Assembly (NCBI GenBank): GCA_051362555.1
Contig: CM120640.1
Location: 28,420,503 to 28,484,502, forward strand
Reading direction: 5' to 3'
DNA: 64,000 nucleotides
From: Lingula anatina
Lineage: Eukaryota; Animalia; Brachiopoda
Below the pieces are notes generated by a model, which had not been told where the DNA came from, made no database searches, and saw only the letters and a list, made by a program, of their open reading frames with translations. This document shows positions 1 to 14,020 of the stretch, one piece after another. The number at the start of each line of letters is the position of its first letter. Position 1 is the first letter of the stretch. Both the position numbers and the translations under genes were made by a program.

Positions 1-490
1 TCAATAATGTTTATCTTTATGATAAACACACAATATATTAAATTCTGAAAATATTGAAGCATTGAAAATCAATAGATTTATTATCAAAAGCAAGGCATGT
101 ATATGCTCTTATAGGATAGACGTTTCGTCTCCTATAAGCATCAAAATAGAGATGCCAGCATTGTAGTGTTAACACGTACCACGGTTCATCTGTCATGTAT
201 GCCATAGATAGCCGCTTCAAATGCTTCGGTTATATTTCTATGTGCGTTTAATGTTTTAGAGGCCGTTCTTGTAGAAACATGGAGGCAATGATGCCCCTTA
301 TAGAACGCGAGGTATCTCGGTTGAGAACACGGATAGAGGGGTATAGAATCATGCCCATCACGTCCACCTGTCAGGTGCAACAGAGAGTGACGATGGTGTC
401 ACTGTGCCAGGCGCCAGACAAACTGATAATTGGCCTTCCGATGAATGTATATAGATTTATGGTAGAGCGCCGCCTTGGAATAATGCCATG

Positions 491-493
<3 letters not shown>

Positions 494-528
<35 letters not shown>
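494..528. repeat. (GA)n microsatellite
   Basis: Direct reading. Confidence 0.95.
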
Positions 529-529
<1 letters not shown>

Positions 530-1577
530 AAAGAACCAGTACTTCAACCGATATCCTCAATTTGTTCCTGTTTAGAAATACCAATTAATTCTATTTAACA
601 CATGACCCACTCAGTACCATATCACGTTTATTTGATATGTAATATTATAAAAGTAAGAGCATATCAAGTTTACCTTGCGGTGAAAGGTTTAAAACTCTGG
701 TCATTAATGGCACCAATATAGGCCAATGACATATGGAATTAGTATTTTTATGGTGGCCTTAATCTTTTGGCAAGAGGGGTTAAGCTACGCATATATTACT
801 AAGCCATGTGAAAATAACTTGACTAGAAGTGACTTGCAATTATCCCCCATTCTTTTTTTCGATATCTCCCTTTCTTGCTGAATGGAATATTTAGCCAACA
901 GCATTATGAAACAAAACGAAGCGAAAATTGGCAACCCCAGTGCAACCAAATGGCATATAATGGCAAGACGCTAAATGTTTTATGATGTATTTATCTTACT
1001 TTAGGTTAAGAGACGCATCGCTTTGGTAGAGTATTGGTACAATACAGGGTCGAGTTACGTTGATTCACTTTTATAGATAATTATACAATTAGATAATATA
1101 TTAATTTATAAGATATGTATATCATCTCTAGTTATTGCACAACCTGCCCGTATCAACACACCTAGTATGAATTTTTCATAGTTAAATATGAATAAAACGA
1201 CATTATTTCCAAAAAGTTATTACTTCAAAATTAATTTTCTGACAGTCTGGCAATCAAGTCTTTGGGACCAGTTTATTTCAAATGTTGGGGTCACGACAGC
1301 CAATTCTAAATTGCTCTTAGACCTGAAATATGCACCCTTAATGGTTTATTTTCAAAAGTATTACTCTAGACTAATCAGAAAATTGGATCCCACTGATCTA
1401 TATCTGTGATTGAATCTGCTGATTGAATCACGGCAAATATTCAAACTATTTCACCTTCTCGCAAATGGCCTGATGTACTGATTACCTCACAAACTGGAGC
1501 AAAAGAGAACATCAGGAAGCGGTTTCTATGAATTAGATATGTAAGGGAAAAAAAGCCATCCATCATAAATGGCCGAC

Positions 1578-1579
<2 letters not shown>

Positions 1580-1626
<47 letters not shown>

Positions 1627-1636
1627 GGGGGGGGGG
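1580..1636. repeat. (GT)n microsatellite fused to a ~27-nt G run
   Basis: Direct reading. Confidence 0.95.
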
Positions 1637-4600
1637 CTCGTTACCGACATGGGCATGGATATTAGAGAGTACATGAGCCGAGATTGGGTAGTGTAGTATC
1701 AGTCCCGGAGCACCGCACTTTTTGCCGAGAATGGTTTGTTCTTGGTATAATTCGATCTATAGGGTTTCATATTAAAAGGACCACTTTTTCAGAAAAAGAA
1801 CCCCCCTCTGAAATCGCAGGCTATGGGTTGAGTATAGCCTTCGTAATGTATATCCCAGTCCAGATCTTTGTGGAATACTTGATGGCGCAACGGTACCTAT
1901 ACTACATAAGTCATACTGTTAATTGTTCAACCACTATGTGCAATATATTAGCCGACACGTTGAGGTATCTTATTCATCCAAGGTAATTTTGGGGTGATCT
2001 TGCTGTGTGATAAAAAGCTATCCTTACGCTTCCATTTTGAAGTGCAGACGCAGGTGTACTGTGTATTTTGAGAAATCGTTGCTGCGTCCTCTCGCTGCGC
2101 CTTGCACTGGTCAATCCATGGTTTCTAAGGGGGCAGGGACACATGTAGGCTTGTCTACGTGTAAATTAATAAACAAATATTCGTATGAATGAATATGAGT
2201 GCCCCATAGATCCGCCCACACTTAGTGAGTTCGATTGTTGCATACATTGATGGTTTGTTTATGCAAATGTGTGTACAAAAAGTAAGGTTAAAGACTGATA
2301 TATCAAGGCCGAAAACGCAGTAGACCCCGCTGTTAACTGAAGAGATACGATGATCGAAAAGGCACTAGGTAGAAGACAGGAACAACAAGGTGCTCAAAAT
2401 AAATAGTTGAGTGTTTTCTTCTTCGGTATTATTTCGATCACTATCAGAAGAGAAAAAATGGGCAATTCTTGCACAGTAAGCTAACAACACGTAATACGAC
2501 TGCAATTCGATTTTGATTACTGAATTAAACCTTTGGCTGTACGGGTCGTGCTTGCTGTTATTTGGAACGTCGGTGCATGCTGTTACAGACCTCATTTAAG
2601 TCAAAGTCAATCTTTCTATTTTCTCAATCCCGCCGCGCTAAGGTCGAGAAATCCCTAAACCCGTTCTACTCAAAACCCTTCAGGCTTAAGTCTGCTATCC
2701 CCTTTCATTAAAAGGACACTTGTTTTATACACACGTGCATTTAGGGGGAAATTAATCATTAGTCGGACATAAGCCTGTTCACAGTGGTTTAACTTTTTAT
2801 ATACTTTAAGCAGATATGTGATTGAAATTTCGAACGCGCCGTCACAAAAAAATCTCTGTTTTACGTGTGTGGGTAACATGGACCATTAGCTGCAAGCACC
2901 TAAGCTAATGTTATACAGAAAAGAAAGATGATCGATGTATTCAAAATGACTGATGCAATGTGGGTTGTCCTGGAATTACGGCCTGTGTGGATACGTCGAT
3001 CCGTTCCTCTTTGCCAATATTTCTTGGGAAAAAAGAGAATCTATTTCATTTTGTCACGCACTTTGTTTTGATTTGAAATTTTAGGTTTCACATCACACAC
3101 GACATTCAACAAAATGGTGGAGATTTTATGTTTCACAAAAAGTAATTGTTGATATACATAAATATGTAAATAAAAAAGAAATTAAAATAATAAGATGATT
3201 AAACAAAATGGACATAAGATCAAAGAGAAAATGCATGTATACAGTATAGATTTCAGAAAACAATAAGAATCAGATACATAGATATAGGATAGTTACTGGT
3301 TATCCCCAGGAGAAATCTGCAAATATGCACGTGTCACTTAATAGTTCCATATAGTTAATGTCGTGTGACTGATAGTCTTAATTTAAGAGTAACCCGTGGC
3401 GACCATGTCTTCTCTGCTCAGGAGGCAAAATAATAACGTACAGTGAAGCAGGGTCTCTATATTACTTTTTTGCCGAGAAAGTCTATTTAATGAACTGTTC
3501 TGACGTCAGAATCACGTAATATGGACTCTTCAAAAGAGGTTTATCACTGACTAAAGTGAACTAAATACGTTTTAAGTAATGTCAGTGACTTCGGGAAGTA
3601 ATATGCCTTGTCAGTTGATGTACAACGCCTTGGCCTGAGCAAGACTGAAGACGGACTACCCACTTAGACCATAGTTTACGTGAGATTAAGGGGTAACTTA
3701 GTTACCAGTTTTTCATCCTTATCTTACATCTATAGTATCTTCCCTGATGAGAATGCACACTGCGTCGTATAGACACCTTGTTAGCATTTTTACTGCCTGT
3801 ATAACGGGCATGGTTTTAAAGAGAAAATTTATGGTCTTGCCCCCTTTGTATGCAACGTGTTTCTTAAAAGTACATTGAACGGTTCCAAATAGTGTGTGGT
3901 TGGTTATCTTCTGTCTGAGAATGTTTCGCTAGTTCCCATTGATTCCCAGTGTGCCAACAATTAAAAGGTCTCAACTTTGAATATAAATGTTAGTAAATGC
4001 ATTAACGCAGTCTGACGTAGAAACACGTTGAGATGCATCAACCTTTTGAAGAAAAACACAGCTTTGTTTATGTGTTGTGTAATATTGTTTTAAATATAGC
4101 AATCTTAAATCAAATAAACCCAAAACCCACAATATCTAAATCAACTGCAACTGAGGCATTATTGTAGGAAACGCATAACACCTGGCCCTACTCGCACGAA
4201 TCGAAAATGATATTGTTGAAGAATTGCATAACTAACCTTCAAAAGCCGAGTCATTAGACCAATCATATCAACCTAGTCTGCTCTTAACATTGACAAACAT
4301 TTTAGAGGGTATATAAATAGGTCCACCACCGACAGATCTTAACTGTGGCTCTCGACCTTCAGCAGGCAAGGTGCAACAATAGCCTGCGGGAGATTGGCGT
4401 GTGCTCGGCGGTAAAGAACATGTTCAGACATGTGATATTAGTTCCTGCTCTCTTTTTTGCTCGAAAAAAAGTTGAAAATTTTAAAAAGAAATAAATGCAT
4501 GCACCGTGATTGTGCTTTCTGTCTCTTAAAATGACTAAAACAGCTTGTGCCAACAATTCAACCTATCGGACGGTAATTCATAGTGCGTGACCTTAATTCC

Positions 4601-6421
4601 TTCTACATGTTTCGTGATTTTTTAAATCAGGTATTGGAGGATCATTTTAATTGCAAAATGCATATAAATGTGAATGAAGTTGAATATGTATTCGTTTTCA
4701 TGATTGCACCGTGTTGGCCGATCTATTAAAGCGGTGGGTCTATTTCTTAATAACTATCACACATGGTTTTCCGACTACCATTATGGCGACTTCTTGTCTA
4801 CTTCAGCAGGCCGCTGTAAGCCTTGTAACTATAGGCACCCACCACCTGAACATAGTTTAATTCTGACGTAACACAAATATCAAATGGCGGTCTTTACATG
4901 ATCACACTGAATTTAATCCAAAAATTTGAGTACCATTCCGCTCTACATCAGTTCCCGTACCATAAGACTGGCTGGTATTTTAAGTAAATCCCAAAGCTCG
5001 CATATACTGGAAGATTATTTTACAGTTCTTCTTCAGATCTTTTGAGTCACTTATCATATTCTGTGTTCCTAACCCCCAAACCCTGTGTATATTCCAAGAA
5101 TGTAAAACCATAACTAACCAGCGCATTAAGGATAGGGACGGGTCGACCCATGAATCTATTTTGGTCTAACAACATTTTCTCATTTTGTTTTCAAAGCCAC
5201 CGTGATCGCAAATCAGTTGCCTTTACATAAACCTAATTCCCTGCAACTTGCCCTTCCTTCAAGCTAGAAAGCAAACCTTGCCCAGCCTAATTAAAGCGTA
5301 CTTCTTTTAAGAGTTTGTAAAAGTTAAACACGAGACACAATTAGCCTTCACATCAGTTTTGAGTAACAGTTCTTCCCACATATCAGGAAGAAGGCCAATA
5401 CTTCATGTAATGATTATTCTTAACTATCATGTAGCTTAATGTTTACCAAGTTTTCAATTATTAAAATGAAAAGAACTGTATTCTACCATAAATGTTAAAT
5501 GCTGTATCACAGGTTCATTGATTCATTTCAACATCATGCTTTGCAGACAATTATCATTATCAGATTGGAATGTTGCGAAGGCAAATTGAAAAGAAAAACT
5601 TATTTCGATAAACGAAAACACCGCCAGAATGTATGAATAATGGGCAGACAAAGATTGGGTACATTTTTGGGACACCCTGAACATACCTATTTCTACACTT
5701 AAGTTTTTTTCTCTTGTTTAGTTTAAGATGGCTTCCACACATAATTTTCACAGAATTTGTACAAAATAACATCGCTGAACACAATCTTTTGTTAGGATAT
5801 TTTTTTCTACATTCTTTCTAGCAATTGGGAAGGTCCAACGCGACGTCATACCTTTACGTTTTGTTTCGAGAATGAAGTTGTCTGTTTCCATTATCTTGAA
5901 AGAACAAATATTTTAACTGTAATGACAAACGTTTGTATACACCATGCCTTTCCAATTACCTGAATGTAGTCTAATGGTCCATTCTAAGAACAGTTTCTTG
6001 GTAATGGACAAAACACATTGAGGTACAATATTTTAGGTATGGGCCGGTTACAGAACCCTGGGTGCCAATTAAACGGTGTATGGTCAGTTAGACGGAGTCT
6101 ATTTTCAGAATCATCTGTTTTAAAATAGGGCCAATGGTGATACAGCTTACCCGCTAAGCCATCATTTACTTCTGCGCAGTCTTTAAATAAAAGGAATGGT
6201 TTTACAACGGCAGTAAATAGCGGTAGTGTAAGCATACCTGTACCGGCCACTAACACGGTGTAGTGCACAATAAACATATAAAAACTGATTAGTAACTTTT
6301 TTATGAACACAGTGATAACAATTGGCTGCAACAATACTGTACCTAGTAAAAGTGTACGCACGCAGACATTTTGAGTCAAAATCTGAAATTTGGTACACTT
6401 ATCACTCTTTATTTTGCTTAA

Positions 6422-7117
6422 GGATATTGTAACCCTTTATTTTATCGTCCAGATACCGAAAATGAGGTTTTCCCTGCATCTAATTATTCAATAATGCATG
6501 TATCTTTGTGCTGATTTAAAACAATAAAAAATCTCGAAAATATAAAATATCGGCGTTTATATTTCTCGTTGCAATGAAAAGGCAACTCAAAGCTTTAATC
6601 GTCAATTTCACACCTTTCTATTTTGAGCTGAGAAAGTAATCGGTATGGGGCGTAACTTCATCCCTGAACAAGATTTTCAAAAATCGGCAAAGTTGACCAC
6701 GAGTGTATGGGCTACAATCCCGTGCCGTCATTTTGGTTAAAAGATTTTTGTTATGGAGTATGAGCCCCTAATTACAGATTTTCATTAAACAAAGGCATTA
6801 TTTTGCATTATAAACGATAAAATATTAACTACTTTTAAGAAAAATCGCTGGTGGTGTTGTGGAGTACTAAATAGTGTCATTAAATCGGCGTTGAAACGGG
6901 GATCGTGGGTGCTCAGGTAAATGAGAAATTTGAGAAACCTATTTTTCAGTTTTTACCCCATAAGCGCAATTATGACGTCGCCTGTAAGAAGACATATGTA
7001 AATGTTTATTAATTTTGCCACTGAACGCTGAAGATTTATCTGTTACCCAAAAGAATGTATGTATGCATGTATGTAAGGCAGTAAATATGGAGTTTTGGGC
7101 GAAGGGTGACAATATCT
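6422..7117. mobile_element. Non-autonomous Kolobok-type DNA transposon in the K2P intron
   Basis: TTAA on both sides (6418-6421, 7118-7121). 16-bp TIRs GGATATTGTAACCCTT / AAGGGTGACAATATCT match 14/16. Additional subterminal inverted match around 6457-6473 versus 6932-6949. Confidence 0.7.
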
Positions 7118-7845
7118 TTAAAGCTTTAATTGAACGGCATAGCTATAAGTTTGATTAGAAATAAGATGCGTCAAATCTGTCACTAAGTATTGAATGAACT
7201 GAACGACAGCGTTTCCTTTGAATGCATTAGTTTGAAATATTAAGGAAATTTAGCCGTTTTAACTTTTCTACAATGTATTCATAGGCATCTCTTTACACAT
7301 CAGTTCTTCTCGACTATAATATTTCTTTCGTTTTTTGTTATCGTCTGTAATGAAGCTAATACCTGAGCAACCAACGTTTTGTTATTCGAGCCATGAACGT
7401 TTCTTATACATAATCAAAATAAAGCGAACGTGACAGTTTAAGGTTGTTCGAGTGACTAATTATTTTCTGAACACGCTCTAGTACCGTTTGCTGTCTAAAA
7501 AAGTACTAAAGATTGTCAATCTCATTTTCTTTATCTTATAGTTTAATCCCACGCTCATTTTTATCGCAAAAGTCATACATTTTCCAAGTAATTAAGCAAA
7601 TTTGGCAAAACAAAAAATTATGCAATTGTGAAAATAAATAGTTGGTTTCGATGTATTTCAAGATGGCATTACGTAGAATGTAGACGTAACTATTGTTTTA
7701 GTACAAAAACCAACAGAGTAGATCCTACATTGATGTTTTCTTCATCCATTGCTGACAGATTTTTCTTCAAGTTTTTTTCCAGAAAGTGACTTAACATATC
7801 TAGTTAGCATCTGTTATAAACGATACTGTTGTTTTTATTTTTCAG

Positions 7846-10046
7846 GTTATGGTCACATAGCGCCCAAGACCGGCTGGGGTCGAGTCATCACCATACTGTA
7901 CGCCCTCCTGGGCATTCCACTCCTGCTGCTGTGCTGCGCCAATATAGGCACCACATTGGCAAACTCGGTCCGATTCCTCTACAATAAGGTGTGCTGTGGC
8001 ATCTGCTGCATTTGCTGCCAGAAAAGGACGTCACCAAGCAGAGGTCCCAGTCGTGTCAGCTCAAGGTGCGAGGGCAATGCACGGAGCATGCGGCGTAGCC
8101 GGAGTGCCAGCTCCAGGAAAAGCACTATGGCTAAGAAAGATTCGTTTTACCAGAGGCTAGAAAGTATTCAAGGGGATGAAGAGAAACCAACCATGAACCA
8201 CCGCACTCCACGTGCTAGTCCTTCGGTTAGCGTGAAATCTTCTAAGTCCCCTGCACGCCAGATCAGTATTATGGAAGAGGGTGCCGTCTGCCATTCCGAC
8301 GACGAGGAAGATATTTCTCCTCAACAACCACTTATCTTAAGCTCAGTTTCAGACGCGGCTGCAGACGCCGTCCTTGGCGTTAAACGGCGAAGAGATGACG
8401 GCGGAAGTAGTGGAGGCAGTGGAAAACGTAATAGCGCAATGCGAGAAACTTCTCCAAAACCAGACAGTAAAGTTCCCACCTATGAAAATCGTAGCAACAG
8501 CGAGAGTCCTAATGATGAAGTAAGAGAAGTCTCACCAAAACCACAAACTACGTATCTGACCGATGATGATAAAATAAATAAAGCCATCGATGAGATGACA
8601 CCGTCAAAAGCAGCGGACGAAACAAAGAAAGTAAGCCCAGAAATAGAAGACGGCTTAACAGCGGAGAAAACGCTCAGTTTAGACATAGATGGCAACGTGG
8701 TTAGAGAAACGGACATTCTTGATGACGAATCAGACAATGAATATTCTTTTGATGATCTTAACGTACGCGAAACAGATATTTTAGATGATGAAATATATGA
8801 AGATGCCGTGGAAAGCTGGGATGAGATCACCGACATTAGCACCCCTTCAAGCCCTAACGTTTCTCCTCAGGACTCCCCAGTTAAAACTAGCTCAAACAGT
8901 AACTATCTGCAGCAGAAACTCGAGATGTCACATAACGGTGACGACAACAAAAATATAATCAGAGGCAACGAAAGTGAATCCAAACTATCCGACATTTTCC
9001 AAGATGCTCTCAATGGCTGGCCGATTGAATTAGCGGACCCGCTCATGGAGTGCGATAATGAGAACGAAGAAGCTCTTCGAATGCTGCCAAGCATTGAAAA
9101 CTACGATACAATTGAAAAGCACGAAATTGAGAACGAAGAAAATGACAATAAGGATAAGAGGAAAAAAAGAAAAAAAGAAATCAAAGAAGCAAAAGCAAGG
9201 GAAATGAAGGAAAAGAAGGAGGCCGAGAAAAGAGCTCAACAAGAACGTAAAGAAACACTTGTTCGACAAAAAACTTTGAAAAAGGAAGAATTGGAAGAGA
9301 AAAAAAGAAGGAAGAAGGAGGAGGCTGAGCGTGCAAGAGAAGAAAAAATTGCTCAATTAATGCAATTAAAAGAGGAAGAGAAAGAGAATCAGAGACGCCT
9401 GGAAGAGGAAAAACGGGCAAAAAAGGCGATGGAAGAGGAGAGAAAGCGTTCTCAGAAAGAACAAAAAGAGCGTGAGAAAAGTGAAAAGAAGGAAAGTATT
9501 GCAAGACAAAAGACCCTGAAAAAGGAGGAGCTTGAGCGACAAAAAACATTGAAACGCTTGTCATCGAAAGGAGAGAAGTCGTCTAAGAAAAGTAGCTCGA
9601 AGACACCTTCACCCCAGCCAGAATTTATTTCTCCTGGGGATAAATATAAAATCAAAACAAAAATAACACAATACACGACCCATCGCCGTGTCACAACCAA
9701 GCAAGGCAAAGTCAGTGTGCCGATTTACGTCAGTTTTGGTATCATGACTGGCTACATTGTTGGCGGGGCCTTCTTATTTTCAATCTGGGAAGGCTGGGAT
9801 TTTCTCAAAGGGTTATACTTCTGTTTTATCACGCTCAGCACCATTGGTTTTGGCGATGTAGTTCCTGGCACCAGCATTAATAGTGATTCTGCTCCAGAAA
9901 AACTTGTCTTTGTGTCGCTTTATCTTCTGTTCGGTTTAGCCGTCATTGCGATGTGTTTTGACCTGATGCAAGAGGAAGTCCGGAACCACTTCCGGTGGCT
10001 GGGTATGAAGATAGGTCTCATTGAAGACAAACTTAAAAATGGATGA
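7846..10046 (+). CDS. Two-pore-domain (K2P; TWIK/TRESK/twk-like) potassium channel, large terminal coding exon; the 5' exons (M1, start of P1) lie upstream of the window
   Basis: Acceptor ttttatttttcag at 7845 (phase 1), then GYGHIAPKT (end of pore 1), M2 [19 protein letters not shown], a ~590-aa hydrophilic loop, M3, pore 2 [18 protein letters not shown]4 [19 protein letters not shown], and TGA at 10044-10046. The first 32 codons of the listed ORF are intronic. Confidence 0.93.
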
Positions 10047-13000
10047 TTCTGGCATGAAGTGATCACCCTTATGTTTTTTATTGTCGATCAACATCGTGAA
10101 TGCTTTGGGCACCTACCACGTTCTTTTTTCCCATTCGGTGTCATCTTTTTTAATGCGTACAGTTATATGTACAGTCAAATAAGCGGGGAATTCAAATTTG
10201 AACAGGCAAAAAAAAGAGAAGTGACCCAAGGCATTCCAGTCAAGCGACCCCTATCGTGCGAAAGCCCGCTGCAGACAGTGGCAACAAAGCGACAAGATGA
10301 ATCTCTGAAGACAGAGAGAGTGTCGCTCACGTGCCGTCCCTATGGCACCCGGCGTCCCGGCGTCAGCCCCGAGCTATGGAAGGGATCAGCAAGATGATTT
10401 GTTGGCGAAAAGCACCATCTAGCCAATTCTCCACAATTATGTAGTACGGCATAAGTGAGGAGCGTTTCAAAGTTTATACAGAATAGATTTGACATCTTGC
10501 TACACGAGAAGGAGCAGTTTGACAAGTATAACAACAACAACATCAATGTAATCATCCCACTAAAACTAATCAAAATGTTACAGAGAAACACCGCGACGGT
10601 GTAAATGTGACTGGACGTTTCCTACCAAAGCATCCTTCCACAGCTGTATACCATACTACGTACAAATACTTTATCCCTTTACTGGTGTTTACAATAATGC
10701 ATTGGGCTACTGGATATCTATTTTCACCATACCAAAAGGCAAGAACTGGTGACTATCATGCTATATGTGGCTACCTTACCTCCAAATGGTGTATACCAAT
10801 CTTCGCCTCATCAGTGTAAGAACTGCAGCTTTCTATTAAACAAATACATAAGGGATATTGGACTAGGGTTCTGCAATAACTTCTTGGAAATATTTCTAAA
10901 ATTACTGATATTCCTGTTTTCTATATTGTGTAAAACTCTTGTTGTAAAATAATTTATACAATTTGATATGGGCACTTTATCAAAAAACATGCACGAACAG
11001 AATTTTTATTTAACAGTCTTCTCTCACTCCTGAGACCTATCGTTTTCCCATATTTATATTACTGAATGTTTTGTTACGCAAGTAATAAAAGGAAAAAATA
11101 GCCCAATTCTTATTAGAAAAAATATAGGGTCCTGTGATCGTGTGTGTATTTTTGGAAGGGATCCCACATCAACTTTGTTCGTCATTGGCATGCCTGGCTA
11201 TAGATTGATGAGATGAGACTTCAAATTTAGAAAACGCGCTCCAGTCTAAGGCACCAAAACAGCAGTCGCTGTTTACTAAACGGCCTGTTTATTGAACGGC
11301 TGCATGCAGATTTAATAAAGTGGCTATGTTGAGTTTCACAAATTAGACAGTGACTAATGGCCACTTTCGTGGCTCCAGTACAAAGGGGCGTTATTGAGCA
11401 TTGATCTCAGTTTTTTCTTAATTTGACAGAAACCCCAACTCTGTAGACATGTTTGCTGGGTTAAACAGTTCACTAGCATACTGGTATAATCGCATTCGAT
11501 ACTAGAAAAAATAACTTCTTGTCGTCAATCTCATCGTTAGGGAAGTGAATGGTGGAACCAATAATTAGATGACTGAGAGTTGTAAGAAAAATTGAAAGCA
11601 CAATTTAGGATATTAACTGTAACGTGGTTGCCATACCAGTAAATTTTTATAAGTTTTTATAATCATTTCCCCCCTCTTGAATAAAACCAACGACCAGGTT
11701 GTGATGGTACCTGGAAGTGAATGAAGTAAAATGAAATTAGTTTGTTTCGTAAATAGATGTGTGGATTTGGTATTACGTTGTCCTACAAGTGGATATTTGT
11801 ATCGATCAGCTTGGTAGGTAAGGTATAGGTATAGGGTGGAACATAAATGTAGAGATAAAGAAAAGGAGAGAACCTAAATAATGGGGCTGGACTAAGGCAT
11901 CTAATGACCATATAACGAGGGGGGGATGCAATTGGCGTGTGTGAGCACGTGTGCGTATACATGCGTGCGTGTAGTCGTGATTTCATTGTTTTCTTGCGAC
12001 CACCTCACTCGTCTTCGAATAGGATTAGAAACAGTAACACCGAAACAATGGTTTCTCTAACTGGCCATTACATTTTCATGGATTGATAAGCATCATCCGT
12101 CTACCACAGGGACAGTAAGTTAGACATGTTGTATTGATATCTCTGATCAGTATCAAAATAATAGACAAAGATCGTATTATACACAGGAGACACGGTAGAG
12201 TAGTGTTAGTTGTCATTAAAAGCATTCGTTTATTGTGTGACCCTATTTAGGCCATTGTTTAGGTGTACTGTGGGTATTTATTTATTTAATTTTATTTTAA
12301 ATTTAATTAATTTTTTTAACTATATAATCGACATCATTCAGCGTAGTAACTACTTTTTGCACGTCGAGGCGTGAAAACATATCAGATGTGTGACAAAATG
12401 ATTTAATAAACACCATTTTTTCTCTTTGATACTGTATTATTATCTATTATAGTTTTTTTTTTCACACGGAGACCTTAAATTATAGTGTACTTTGTCGCAG
12501 GTTGAGGGTATAAGGCCTCTCTTGTAATTGCCCATGCTTTCGATCGACAATTGCTTTATTTCGGAGTAATACTTTGCTATGAATCGAATCAGACCACCTA
12601 GTTGCGCTCTTAAAATTTATACCAACTTTGACTTTAGGTTTCCAGTGAAACGCGGCTCAGGCTCGATATTCGTACTTCTTTTTCAAGGCAGTATGGAAAA
12701 GAAAATCTCTTACACAAAAGTTACTGGCTTAACTTTCACCTCAGAAGGACTAATATCTTTCCTTGCAACTCACACTCTACAGTACATGTTGGCATCCAAG
12801 TAAAAGGTACTTTTATCAAACTCTTGAGAACACCAGCACTATGCCAAATCATTCTCAAAATTCCCAAATATGGTGTACATAATGTGTTAATAGGTTTGTG
12901 CCTCCATGTCTTAAGTTGTTATCAGTCACCATTTTCTTCGTTTGACATGACATTCAATGGCAAATACTGTGGATTTAAACTAGACAACTGTCAAGCCTGT

Positions 13001-14020
13001 GAAATTAGAAATAAATGGAAAAAACGACATATTGACTTTTCCGCGATTTAAAATAAACTACAATTAAAAAAAAACAGCTGTGCTTGAAAACCTGTATCAT
13101 AAGACCCCCCTCCCCCCTCCGCCTCTAGGCACCGCTATACGCATAGTCAGATAGAATCCATGGTACAATCAAACATAAAGTCATAATGAATGTCCCAAAA
13201 CTGGACTGCTCCACGCTCCACTTCCTTGCTAAAATCCATAATGCTATAAATACCAAATTCAATACCAAAGGTCGAGTAGGCAGTTAATGTGATCAAGACG
13301 CAGTGTACCATGACATTGTTCTGATTGCGTAAGCTCAGCTTACGATGCCGTGATCTAAAATTGTGTTAGATGAGACGTACAATCCAGAAGCATTACAGGA
13401 ATGCGTCAGTTGAGCATACAGTGGATTACAAGTTAGAGACCACCACAATACACTGGTGTTTAGAGTGCTTTTACCAGAGAAGTTCATATTGCAATTTTTT
13501 CAAATTCATATTAGCAAATAGAGAATGATTTTTCATATAGTTGAGCTTTTTGAAATTGCATTGCTTACGCCATATCATACTTGTGAATATTTCGTTACTT
13601 AAGGCTTGCATTACATGTTATACTGTTGTTGCTACAATTTAGATATCATGGAATCAAGGATTTGTATTTATATTTCATTTTAATAGAACACCAAAACAGT
13701 AAACATTTCAGTTATGCCCCCCCCCACACACACACAAAAAGTGAAAATTTTGCATATGAAATGCCATTTTATTTGCTTTTGAACCAGTAGTTGTATCCAT
13801 TATTTTGAAAAAAAAAAATAATAATTCTGAGCTGCTGTCACATTTCATACCGTGGATCGAGCTGTATGTACATGTATATTGCCCCCATATGTATGACTTG
13901 CGAAAGATAAGTTAACTTTACCCTAGCAAATGAGAACAAAAATACCCTTGTATACAATCGCCGTCACGTAATGGTCCGTAGGAAAATCTGGGCAGTGCAG
14001 ATATCTTCAGATAATATTAA

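Noticed and set aside
4316-4744. Possible MITE with AATAG(G/A)..CCACC ends
   Set aside because: Only 11/14 inverted match and no convincing TSD.
5654-5680. Tc1/mariner-like TIR (CAGGGTGTCCCAAAAATGTACCCAAT on the minus strand)
   Set aside because: Only one end found, with no partner TIR or transposase; too fragmentary to delimit.
5984-6379. 131-aa minus-strand ORF with hydrophobic stretches
   Set aside because: Non-ATG start, no recognisable motif, intronic location next to a transposon; likely chance.
1-7845. Search for upstream K2P exons (M1/P1) and for tRNA/rRNA genes
   Set aside because: No exon ending in a T-T/V-I-G phase-1 donor and no convincing structured RNA gene found by eye; treated as intron.
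8480-9709. Several minus-strand ORFs (63-127 aa) over the K2P exon
   Set aside because: Antisense shadows of a purine-rich coding exon; low-complexity S/F/L translations with no splice or domain support.
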